Virus record (IMG/VR): IMGVR_UViG_3300044716_000973
Coordinates: 9,120-73,119 of that record
Direction: 5' to 3' (one strand)
DNA from: a virus
DNA: 64,000 nucleotides
The position numbers and the translations under genes are program-made. Positions 15,198 to 24,090 of this stretch are shown here, one piece after another. The notes under the pieces were generated by a model, which made no database searches, was not told the DNA's origin, and was given only the letters and a program-made list of their open reading frames with translations. The first letter of the stretch is position 1; each line of letters begins with the position of its first letter.

Positions 15198-17026
15198 TAC
15201 GCAGCCAACTTATAATGAGCAAGATACTTTTCGATTCCATCACTACCAGGATAGTTTGGATTTATAACAGAGATAGATCCGGTTGGTGATGCTGACTTTA
15301 ATGTTTGTGCAGCAGATGGTATGTTTGTAGCAGTAGACGCGGTTTTCTTTTCACCCATTGCAATTTGGTTTTGAATCTTATTTGATTCTTCTGAAATAAG
15401 TTTTGCAAAATCTGGTCCGGTTGTAGTAAGATTTCTCGAAACACCAGGACCCACAATCTTGCCACCAATATGTCCAATAAAGTCAGCAATTGTTGTTAGC
15501 ACTTTATCAGCGCCGGTTGCAATGTCTTCCATTTGAAACCCGCCTGAAGAAGAAGCTGGACCGGCTCCAGGCGCATAGTATCCTTCTTGCTTAGCAATGG
15601 ATTCCATCAATTTTGTTTTTTCACCCTGATTTAAATCAGTATATTTCTTATTAGGATCTATGCCAGCCGTTCCAATAACTTTTGATGCGTGCGTAGGATC
15701 TTCTGCCCACTGTCCTAGTGTTTGCCCAATTGGTCCACTTGAATATTTGTCACGACTTAATTGAGCATCCAAAGCAGCAAATCCCGCGGCAGCCGTAGGA
15801 AACACTGCAACAGGAGGACCGTTTGTAGACGGAGAAGATCCTACTGCGCCTAGAGATATTGCAAGCGGACCATACATTATATTCCCAGGATTGTTTGTAC
15901 GCGCGGCTATAGTTCCTCCACGGCGTTCTGTAGTTCCATCAGAATATGTTACCGTGGTATATCCTCGACCGCCGTCAACTACACCGGTGATAGTCTTGTC
16001 TTGAGATGTAGTGTTTGGTTGTGTTGCTGACGGAGCAGTACCATCAACTTTTTCTCCACCTTTTAATTCTTTAGCCATTGCATCTGGCGTATATGCACTA
16101 GGATCTGCTTCTATTCTTTTTCTGGCTGCCTCAGAAGTACCACCTCTGTTATTAGGTCCATATGCCTCTAAAATATCTTTATATTTTGAAGGTAGATTAG
16201 CTGCCTTATATGTTTTGCCATCTGGAAGAATATATCCTTCAGTCATACCCTGTTCATTAAGAACGGCTTTCATGCCGTATTGTTCTAAACCTTTGCGTGA
16301 TTTATCTGCGTCATTATACGTATCTTTCATGAATTTGTCCATTCCCCATAATATAAGGAGCGAACTTCCTAAAGCGGCTAACGCTGGTCCGGCCGCAATA
16401 GCATTAACTAAACCTACCAGACTTCTAATATTTTTTAAGAAAGAGAGACCACGTAACCATTTCCAAGCAGTAGAAAATGCTTTAATGGCTGCTTTAAAAC
16501 CTTTGAATAATGCACTTAATCCGAGTTTAGCAAAGTTAGTAGCAAATCCTCCTAACACGCCTAGAAGAGTCGAAAGGATTCCTCCTTTTGATTGTTTTTC
16601 ATTATCATTTGCTGCGCCGTATCTTTTTCCAAGATCATTGAATATACTATTCTGTTCGATCTTAGCTTCTCTTGCGGCAAGGGCATTTTCTTCGTAGACT
16701 TTTCTATCAAAGTCAATTTGCTTTTTCAGTGTTCCATTAATTGAAACCAGATACTTAACAACGTCTGACAGAAGCTTTTCAGTATTATCTGACTTTGCTT
16801 TGTACGAGCTTTTGGCGTTTGCTGCTGGTAAAGATCCACTGCCAGCAATACGCTGTTGGCCAGCACTTGCAGCCATTCCAAAGCTGGCATAGATTATATT
16901 TGAAGTTTGCTTTTTTGTTGACTGGTCTTTTGAAGAGAGTATAGTAGAGACTCCAGCCGCGATACCGCTAACTGCTTTTTCTCCGCCTGAAATAACACCT
17001 TTTACAGCGTCTAACAATCCCGCCAT
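15197..17026 (-). CDS. Tape-measure/hub-associated virion protein with lysozyme-like (RxNNPGNI) domain
   Basis: Coiled coil and amphipathic/TM region, RTNNPGNI...AVFPTAAAGFAA...IAKQEG; C-terminal region paralogous to 13569-15197. Confidence 0.6.
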   Translation of the reverse strand: MAGLLDAVKGVISGGEKAVSGIAAGVSTILSSKDQSTKKQTSNIIYASFGMAASAGQQRIAGSGSLPAANAKSSYKAKSDNTEKLLSDVVKYLVSINGTLKKQIDFDRKVYEENALAAREAKIEQNSIFNDLGKRYGAANDNEKQSKGGILSTLLGVLGGFATNFAKLGLSALFKGFKAAIKAFSTAWKWLRGLSFLKNIRSLVGLVNAIAAGPALAALGSSLLILWGMDKFMKDTYNDADKSRKGLEQYGMKAVLNEQGMTEGYILPDGKTYKAANLPSKYKDILEAYGPNNRGGTSEAARKRIEADPSAYTPDAMAKELKGGEKVDGTAPSATQPNTTSQDKTITGVVDGGRGYTTVTYSDGTTERRGGTIAARTNNPGNIMYGPLAISLGAVGSSPSTNGPPVAVFPTAAAGFAALDAQLSRDKYSSGPIGQTLGQWAEDPTHASKVIGTAGIDPNKKYTDLNQGEKTKLMESIAKQEGYYAPGAGPASSSGGFQMEDIATGADKVLTTIADFIGHIGGKIVGPGVSRNLTTTGPDFAKLISEESNKIQNQIAMGEKKTASTATNIPSAAQTLKSASPTGSISVINPNYPGSDGIEKYLAHYKLAA

Positions 17027-17208
17027 TATTTCTTTCTACTCTCTATTTCTTGTTTCTGCTTTTCTAAAAATTCCATTAACATATCAACATATAGATCTCT
17101 TTCATATGGAATTAAGCTTTCAATCTCTGTAATAGAATATTTGTGATGCTGAGCCAAAGAGAATACCATTGAATAGTATCTTGCTAAGTCTGTATGACTC
17201 AGCCCCAC
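17026..17208 (-). CDS. gp51: Baseplate hub assembly protein gp51 (short form)
   Basis: FSLAQHHKYSITEIESLIPYERDLYV; directly after gp26. Confidence 0.8.
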   Translation of the reverse strand: MGLSHTDLARYYSMVFSLAQHHKYSITEIESLIPYERDLYVDMLMEFLEKQKQEIESRKK

Positions 17209-17906
17209 ATAAAAAAATCTTTGAGATTTGTTAACTCAATTTCCCTATCATTACCAAGAGAATTTTTGTACTTAATAGTATGTTGAAGCTTTGGAATACT
17301 TTCAAAGAAACCTCTGATCTTTTCAAATGTCGAAACGTCTAAGTTATCTAAAAACTCAGAGATTTCTTTTTCAGAATAATCAGTTGCTGGATACACACTA
17401 TCTGCGTCGTAAATAACATCAATACAATTTACAATAAAGAACGTCATGAGTTCTACTTCACTATTGATATCACCCATCTTATCTGTAATATCAGCAGTAG
17501 GATATCTCATCATCATTCCTACATCATCTGTAATTTCAATCTTTGAATTTGCTTGCTCTGGTATATTTACTTCGATTTCATCCAGATTGAGTTCAAAGTC
17601 ATAAATCTTTTCATCTTCTGTATCTTTATATGATAGCTTAATGATGTTATTTACAGACTTGGCTCTGAGTTTTAAGAACAAATATTCTAGATCGAAAATA
17701 GCTAGAGTGTCAATGTTCACTTCACTCTGAATACAGTTTCCAAGGATTTGTTTAATTGCTCTAATAATTTCTGCATCATTTCCACTCTGTTGAGCAATAA
17801 GCAGGATTTTTTCTTCTTTCACTAGGAACGGCCGAAATACAATTTTCTGCTGCGAAGATGGAATCACAACATCAAAAAGCGGCTGATCAATTTTTGGCAA
17901 AGTCAT
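17199..17906 (-). CDS. gp26: Baseplate hub subunit gp26
   Basis: MTLPKID, FRPFLVKEEKILLIA, FDLEYLFLKLRAKSV and L..FF C-terminus. Confidence 0.9.
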   Translation of the reverse strand: MTLPKIDQPLFDVVIPSSQQKIVFRPFLVKEEKILLIAQQSGNDAEIIRAIKQILGNCIQSEVNIDTLAIFDLEYLFLKLRAKSVNNIIKLSYKDTEDEKIYDFELNLDEIEVNIPEQANSKIEITDDVGMMMRYPTADITDKMGDINSEVELMTFFIVNCIDVIYDADSVYPATDYSEKEISEFLDNLDVSTFEKIRGFFESIPKLQHTIKYKNSLGNDREIELTNLKDFFMWG

Positions 17907-17921
17907 TTTATAAAGTCTCCA

Positions 17922-18947
17922 TTAAGGTGCAGGCGGACCGATTCTGGTCCCACTAAGATTTTTCGTGGTATTTGTTCCTACCGAGTCATTTCCACTTATA
18001 GGTTTCGGCGGATTATTATTTGTAGCGTTTGGCGAAGAAGCACCGACAGAACTTTGTGGATTTTTCCCAGGACGTCGGCTATAATCTTTCTTGCTTTTCT
18101 TTTTGTTTTCTTTTTCGGCTGCTGCAGCTTTTGCATCGGCCGCAACTTGCGCATCGACTGCTTCTTCGAGCTTTCCGTTCAAAGCACGAGGCGTAAGTGT
18201 TTGCATATTAGTAAATGCAAATGTTACGGTCAGTTTCTGTACTTCGTTTTCCTGTGCATATGCCAAATTTTGAGATTGAATATTCATAGGAAAAACATCA
18301 TAAAGAATATATTCTGTTACAGTATATAGTTCTCTATCATATACGTGTATTCTAACAAGAGGACATGTATATTCATCTTTGTAACCAACTTCATAACCAA
18401 GGTAATCATTTAATCCAGGACGTGCATTGAGTTCTAACCCATCTCGTTCGGTAAAGAACATTTGACTGTTGCCTTTGGTTTCATAAAATACAATTGTATT
18501 CATCCACTGATAAAAGAATTCAATTAGTTCAGATCTTTTATCAACCAACCAAGTAAGAGTCAAATCATTAAATTGCATTCCATATGGCACTTTTTCTACA
18601 GGACCATAACCGTATCTTCTAACATTTTCTTCTTCTAAAACTTGTACAGTTGGTAACACTGCTGATTCACAACGAAGAATTAATTTATCTGAATTATTTT
18701 TTACAAATTCTGTGAGTGGAACGTTTGCTTCAAATCCAAGTCTAAACGGAGCAAATGTTACCAAATAACTGTGTGTTGGTAACATGTCATTTTTATTAAT
18801 TTCAGCTTTAAAACTGTTAATATCAAATCTTCGCGTTTTTCTGGCAGTAACAATGATCTCATCATACGATTCTGTAATAGTAAACGGATCAGTTCTTAAT
18901 GGCGCCGGTGGCGTTTTTGCTTCTTCATTTGATGGTGCTTCAGACAT
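17922..18947 (-). CDS. Tail-tube-fold protein, gp54-like baseplate/tail tube initiator, with N- and C-terminal extensions
   Basis: LRCESAVLP, YGYGPVEKVPYG, FFYQWMNTI, YKDEY, DVFPMNI and KLTVTFAF. Confidence 0.7.
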   Translation of the reverse strand: MSEAPSNEEAKTPPAPLRTDPFTITESYDEIIVTARKTRRFDINSFKAEINKNDMLPTHSYLVTFAPFRLGFEANVPLTEFVKNNSDKLILRCESAVLPTVQVLEEENVRRYGYGPVEKVPYGMQFNDLTLTWLVDKRSELIEFFYQWMNTIVFYETKGNSQMFFTERDGLELNARPGLNDYLGYEVGYKDEYTCPLVRIHVYDRELYTVTEYILYDVFPMNIQSQNLAYAQENEVQKLTVTFAFTNMQTLTPRALNGKLEEAVDAQVAADAKAAAAEKENKKKSKKDYSRRPGKNPQSSVGASSPNATNNNPPKPISGNDSVGTNTTKNLSGTRIGPPAP

Positions 18948-19546
18948 TACTTTCTAATCCCTAGCATTCTCTTCGAATCGTTCCATACCTGAGTCTTTGA
19001 CTGCTTGGTAAAACGTTCGGTTGGTAAAAAGAGAGCAATGTCCCATTCAGAAGGGTACACATACATAAAGCGAGAACGTACATGCTCGTTAAGATAATGC
19101 TTCACACAAGGAGAGAAGAATCTCATCTTTGCAATACTTGTAAGAAGCTGATAGTTAAGTTTGATTTTTGTTGACTCGTCATAGCGAGTGTTGTTGGCAT
19201 AGTCATATAGACCATCCATTAACTTGGCTCTAAGTTGTGGTGGAAGATAGTGAAGGTTAAGACCATAGAATCCACCAGGTACTTTACGAAATGGAAAGAC
19301 CAGAGGGAATCTATCGTAGTAAGGAAGTTCATCCTTCCACTTTGGATCGTAGTTGAACATGTACATCGAACCAACGATTGGTGAAGTTGTTAGACGCGCC
19401 GAGTCACCTCTCATCAGTGTACGTTCATTTACATTACGCATTGCACCGGCTGTTTCACGAAACCAATCACGTGCACCTTGAGTACGCGCTGGAATCTGTC
19501 CAGAACGAACACCTTGTGTAATGATTGTATCAAATATAGTTGCCAC
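18947..19546 (-). CDS. gp2: DNA end protector gp2
   Basis: GSMYMFNYDPKWKDELPYYDRFPL, GLNLHYLPP and CVKHYL. Confidence 0.92.
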   Translation of the reverse strand: MATIFDTIITQGVRSGQIPARTQGARDWFRETAGAMRNVNERTLMRGDSARLTTSPIVGSMYMFNYDPKWKDELPYYDRFPLVFPFRKVPGGFYGLNLHYLPPQLRAKLMDGLYDYANNTRYDESTKIKLNYQLLTSIAKMRFFSPCVKHYLNEHVRSRFMYVYPSEWDIALFLPTERFTKQSKTQVWNDSKRMLGIRK

Positions 19547-19986
19547 TAGAATTTTAGTCCCAAATGATCTTCTGTTAATATTTCGAAATCCCAGCCACGA
19601 TCTTTACAGAACGATGTAGCTGCTTTCCACTTGGCTTCATTTACGCCCCACGTCATCACTTCATTAATGTAACGTTTGTTTGGCTTATTTATTACAGCTG
19701 GCGGCCGTGTCTGTGCTTTCGGTTTAATCTCAATCAGTGCAGACTTTGTCTTGCCATCAGGCATCTTCTTCTTGATATAGAAGTCGACAAAGTAACGATG
19801 CATCCGATTATCAATCGGAGAACGATACGGAATCACATGTTCTTCACTGGACCATTCGACAATACTCGGATCTTTGTCTAATCGAGACATGTAAACGAGC
19901 TCCCACCTTGAACGATACACTATGTTCGTGGGATCACCTCTGTATTTCGAAGGATTCAATGGTTTGAAAAAACCTTTATAAGCCAT
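19546..19986 (-). CDS. gp4: Head completion nuclease gp4 (start MAYKG at 19986)
   Basis: NPSKYRGDPTNIVYRSRWE, WSSEE, HRYFVDF, IEIKP and NEAKWKAA. Confidence 0.92.
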   Translation of the reverse strand: MAYKGFFKPLNPSKYRGDPTNIVYRSRWELVYMSRLDKDPSIVEWSSEEHVIPYRSPIDNRMHRYFVDFYIKKKMPDGKTKSALIEIKPKAQTRPPAVINKPNKRYINEVMTWGVNEAKWKAATSFCKDRGWDFEILTEDHLGLKF

Positions 19987-19991
19987 AGTTC

Positions 19992-20003
19992 TATTTATAA
20001 ATA
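19992..20003. promoter_or_regulatory. Overlapping divergent late promoters
   Basis: Palindrome TATTTATAAATA reads TATAAATA on both strands, between gp4 (-) and gp48 (+). Confidence 0.85.
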
Positions 20004-20031
20004 AAGAAAGAACTTTCAAAGAAGAGAACAC

Positions 20032-21282
20032 ATGGCTATTATCAAGCTTAATAACGACGGATTGAGAAAAAGTAAAGGCATTGCAAGCCGACTTATTGAC
20101 AACGTCGTAAATAAAGTAGAACGAAAGCTCGAAAACGCAGTTGAAGATGCTTTTGGAAAAGCACTAAAGAAGATTGGACTGTCTGACAATATTGCGGGAC
20201 AGCTTTCTGCTCGCTTTGGTGATGCGTTCTCTGTAGGTCAAGCTGATAGATTCTTTGGTACATCGACTTCTGAACAGAATAGAGTTTCTTCAAAGGATTG
20301 CGTAGATAATATATTAAATCGCCAAGCAGAAACTGTCGTAGATGCTCAACAGTCAATTACTAGCAAAGTTCAGTCAGATCCAGGATTGCTTCAATTCCCG
20401 CCTGACGTTGGCCCGTATTACATGCTTATGAAGTTTACAGAGTATGCTCGACCAAGCCCACAATCAGTAGCTACTCGCAAAGGCCTTAAAAACTTTATTC
20501 TTCCAGTTCCAAGAGAACTCAAAGAGCAATTTTCAAATAACATCGATCCAAAGGGTGTAGGTGTTGTAACCGGCGGCCTTGCAGATATTGGTACAGACGT
20601 TCTTCGAAGCGGAGGAAAAGATGGCGCTGGTGCTGAAGCTGGTAACCAATTAAAAGCAATTGCATATGCGGCTGCAGTTCAAACAATAGGAGACTTTGGA
20701 GATAGTCTTGCTCAATTTGGTGGCGCAGTTCCAAACCCGCATCTTCAAGCAATTTTTGGTGGTGTTCAAATGAGAACACACAGTTTTCAGTGGACATTTT
20801 CTCCAAGAAATGCGATTGAAAGCAGACAACTTCAACAAATCATATATGAACTTAAGAAATATTCATTGCCAGCATTTAGTAATCTCGGTACGGCATCTCT
20901 TCAATATCCACCATTAGTTGATATTGAATTGTATCCATGGAAAAAACTTGGTGAAGATTTAATTATTTTTAAGCCATGTTTAATCCAAAGTATTTCTGTA
21001 AACTACTCTCCACAAGGACTGCCATCATTTTTTAAGGGCACCAAACAACCAACATTCATTCAAATTTCAATTGACTTTATGGAAACTGAAATTCAGACTG
21101 CATATGATTATAGCACAAAGAAAGATGATAGATCTGATACTGCATCTGAAATATACAAGGAAGTAGCTGGATTTGCAACAAAAGAATTTCCAGAAATTTC
21201 TAATGTCGCAAGTAAAGCCGGTGGTTATATTAGTGGATTAGTGGATACCGCCGCGGCTGCTGCAGAAAAGGCTAATCGATAA
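20032..21282 (+). CDS. gp48: Baseplate tail-tube cap gp48-like
   Basis: NPHLQAIFGGVQMRTHSFQWTFSPRN..ES, LQYPPLV, PCLIQSISVNYSP and IDFMETEI. Confidence 0.8.
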   Translation: MAIIKLNNDGLRKSKGIASRLIDNVVNKVERKLENAVEDAFGKALKKIGLSDNIAGQLSARFGDAFSVGQADRFFGTSTSEQNRVSSKDCVDNILNRQAETVVDAQQSITSKVQSDPGLLQFPPDVGPYYMLMKFTEYARPSPQSVATRKGLKNFILPVPRELKEQFSNNIDPKGVGVVTGGLADIGTDVLRSGGKDGAGAEAGNQLKAIAYAAAVQTIGDFGDSLAQFGGAVPNPHLQAIFGGVQMRTHSFQWTFSPRNAIESRQLQQIIYELKKYSLPAFSNLGTASLQYPPLVDIELYPWKKLGEDLIIFKPCLIQSISVNYSPQGLPSFFKGTKQPTFIQISIDFMETEIQTAYDYSTKKDDRSDTASEIYKEVAGFATKEFPEISNVASKAGGYISGLVDTAAAAAEKANR

Positions 21283-22112
21283 TGTCTAGATATTTTTCAA
21301 GATTCCCTCTTGTAGATTATAATGGTACTCCTGCCAAAAACATTTTGGCACGGGTTGACTTCAGTGAAGAGACAAAGAGAGATATCTATTCTAACTTTGA
21401 TTACGTTATTCAAGATGATTTGATTCGCCCAGACTTTCTTTCATATACGTATTATGATTCATCACAATATGACTGGATGATCTATCTTTCTAATAATATT
21501 ATAGATCCTTATCATGACTATTATTTGAGCACAGACGATTTCAAAAAATATATCATTGGAAAGTATGGCACCGTTGAATCGGCAAGAGAGAAGATTCTAT
21601 TTTATAGAAACGATTGGACATCAGACGAAAGTGTGATTACAGAATCGATTTACAACTCTCTTGATCCCGCAATTAAGAAATATTGGAAACCAACGTTAAA
21701 TGCAAACAACCAAATCTCTGGATACGAACGTGCAAAAGAAGATTGGGTTGTAAGTACAAATAAAATTTTGGAATTGGTTTTAACTGCTAATGTTACAGCA
21801 TTTGATGTTGGAGATATTATATCTCAAACGGCTACGGGCGCTTATGCTACGATTGTTGCAAAAGACACTGTTAGAAACTCGGTTATTGTGCAACATGTTG
21901 AAGACGACTTTGAGGTAAATGTAAGCCAAGGTCTGTTAGAGGTAAATGTTCTTAAGGTGAATATTCCAAACACAGAAACTAGTTTCTGGAGTAAGGTAAC
22001 TGCTTATGATGATGAGCAAGAAAAGAATGAACTAAAAAGATATGTAAATCTTATTAAGAAGTCTTATCTTCCAGAAGTAGAAAAACTGTTTGTAGAGTTA
22101 CTTAACCCATGA
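21282..22112 (+). CDS. gp53: Baseplate wedge gp53
   Basis: YFSRFPLVDY, RPDFLSYTYYDSSQYDWMIYLSNNIIDP and NELKRYVNLIK. Confidence 0.85.
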   Translation: MSRYFSRFPLVDYNGTPAKNILARVDFSEETKRDIYSNFDYVIQDDLIRPDFLSYTYYDSSQYDWMIYLSNNIIDPYHDYYLSTDDFKKYIIGKYGTVESAREKILFYRNDWTSDESVITESIYNSLDPAIKKYWKPTLNANNQISGYERAKEDWVVSTNKILELVLTANVTAFDVGDIISQTATGAYATIVAKDTVRNSVIVQHVEDDFEVNVSQGLLEVNVLKVNIPNTETSFWSKVTAYDDEQEKNELKRYVNLIKKSYLPEVEKLFVELLNP

Positions 22113-23386
22113 GTTCAAATGTAACGATGAGAGAGGGTAAGTTTAAACTTAGTACGTTTGAGCTTACTACACCAATTGATTGTAGAACTTTAAAACTGGC
22201 GCCATACTGTGCTAGAGCTGACATTTACGAAAGTGTCTTAGAACCAACTGTTGTTGCTGAATTTATTATTGTTGATAAAGTTGGTATGTTCAATCGCTTC
22301 AATTTTCTTGAACAGCGTATTAATATTGACTTTACCACATACGAAGACAATAAAAGCGCAAACGTAAAATATACACTATATCCTATTGAAGTTGATCCGG
22401 CAGAAACACTACCAGACGATAAAGGGATTACATATAAAATTACGTGCGTTTCTCGTGAAGCAATTAAATCTACACAGATTAAAAACATTCCTTTGGTAAG
22501 AAAAAAGATCGAAAGTGAAACTATTATTAATGCTCTTTTGCAGCTAGTGGAAACTGATAAGAATTACTTCTTTGAAAAAACCCTAGGTTTGCAGGCATGC
22601 AACTTCACTGAACTTACTCCATTCGAGGCGATCGATCAGATCAGACTTAAGTCAATGTCTGCTCAATATAGTGGTCACTGCTTCCTGTTTTATGAAAACA
22701 GTAAAGGGTATCATTTTAAAACCTTTGAAAGTTTGATTGATGAAGGAAAGAAGAAGATTGGTGATAAGTATTATACTCAAGTTGCTCTAGCAGATGTCTC
22801 GGTAACTGGTTCTCGTTGGAGAAACATCCTTGGATTAAAAGCGATCCAGACAGGTAATCAGAACGTTACCAGAATGCTTGGTGGTAAAGTTCTAATTAAA
22901 AGAAAGAATGTTATCACTGGTCAAATTGATCCGTACACCATTGACTCTTCGAAAATAGAGTTTGTTTCTTTGAATAAAGGTTCTATTAGCCAGAACCTAA
23001 CGTCACAGAAAGAGCTTTCAAAGGACGAAGGCAGAATTGAAATCACGTATTTCGATCCATCTGTTGAAACAGCAGACCAAGCAGAAGCAAAAGTATTAAG
23101 ACCATATTATCTTTCTTTTCTTTTTAATACGGTTGCTCATATTACAGTATATGGCGACACCACAGTTACAATTGGTGACGTAATTACATGCGATATTCCA
23201 GAGCATACTGGTCTTACTCTTGGTGAAGAAAGACCATACGTTGAAAGCAATGAAATTCTTGCCGGTAATTATTTGATAACTAAGTGCCGACATATTCTTT
23301 CTTTCAATGAAGGTGCTGAATATATGCAAGCACTCGAAATTGTAAAAGATGGTTACGGTGGTACTCCGCCTAGACCAACGAAATAG
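22109..23386 (+). CDS. Baseplate hub protein (gp27-like, tentative)
   Basis: Between gp53 and gp5; DIYESV, FLFYENSKGYHFKTFESL, GDTTVTIGDVI and AGNYLITKCRH. Confidence 0.6.
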   Translation: MSSNVTMREGKFKLSTFELTTPIDCRTLKLAPYCARADIYESVLEPTVVAEFIIVDKVGMFNRFNFLEQRINIDFTTYEDNKSANVKYTLYPIEVDPAETLPDDKGITYKITCVSREAIKSTQIKNIPLVRKKIESETIINALLQLVETDKNYFFEKTLGLQACNFTELTPFEAIDQIRLKSMSAQYSGHCFLFYENSKGYHFKTFESLIDEGKKKIGDKYYTQVALADVSVTGSRWRNILGLKAIQTGNQNVTRMLGGKVLIKRKNVITGQIDPYTIDSSKIEFVSLNKGSISQNLTSQKELSKDEGRIEITYFDPSVETADQAEAKVLRPYYLSFLFNTVAHITVYGDTTVTIGDVITCDIPEHTGLTLGEERPYVESNEILAGNYLITKCRHILSFNEGAEYMQALEIVKDGYGGTPPRPTK

Positions 23387-23394
23387 GAGATATT

Positions 23395-24090
23395 ATGAAT
23401 ATTCAAAAGTGGTTTGAAGGCGAAATTGTTGATGTTGACGATCCAGAAAAGCTAGGTCGCGTCAAAGTAAGAGAAACGCTCGGTCATAGCAACAGAGTAG
23501 ACCCAGAAGATCTCTTTTGGTCTCACGTTCTTATGCCACCAACAGGTGCAAATGCAAAAGGAACTGGTGTTTCTCCAGTCGGCTTAACAGAAGATTCTAA
23601 AGTAATTGGATTTAGAATTAATGAAACTCTTTCTTATGTAATAGGATCTGTTGCTTATGTTCCTAACGATGCAGATCATTCCGTTTCGAGACAGGCTCGT
23701 GGCGTTGGGCCTGTAAAGAAAGATTATATTGAAGAGCTCGGTGAAAAGAAGACCGAGTATGATGCAAAATATCCACACAACAAAACAATTACTACATCCT
23801 CAGGACATGTACTCGAACTTGATGATACACCTAAGGCTGAACGTATCCATGTATACCATACATCTGGTTCGTACGTAGAGATCTTTCCAGATGGATCGAT
23901 CATTACTAAATCTATGGAAGATTCTGTAAGTGTAACTATGAAAGATCACGCTATCAGTGTTGTAAAGGGTGATCTTCAGATTGTTGCCAATGAAGGTATG
24001 ATTGAAATTACGTCTGATAAAGACATCAATCTTGTTTCAAAGTCTGGAGTAGTAAACATCCGAGGTGCCGTAATTGGGCTGAATGGATAA
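23395..24090 (+). CDS. gp5: Short gp5 spike (OB fold and beta-helix, no lysozyme domain)
   Basis: DDPEKLGRVKVR, YPHNKTITTSSGHVLELDDTPKAERIHVYHTSGSYVEI and an I.LN C-terminus. Confidence 0.85.
   Translation: MNIQKWFEGEIVDVDDPEKLGRVKVRETLGHSNRVDPEDLFWSHVLMPPTGANAKGTGVSPVGLTEDSKVIGFRINETLSYVIGSVAYVPNDADHSVSRQARGVGPVKKDYIEELGEKKTEYDAKYPHNKTITTSSGHVLELDDTPKAERIHVYHTSGSYVEIFPDGSIITKSMEDSVSVTMKDHAISVVKGDLQIVANEGMIEITSDKDINLVSKSGVVNIRGAVIGLNG

Noticed and set aside
13648-16697. Plus-strand ORFs of 100-228 aa opposite the tape-measure-like genes
   Set aside because: Antisense shadows downstream of a strong terminator, with no SD or recognisable motifs.
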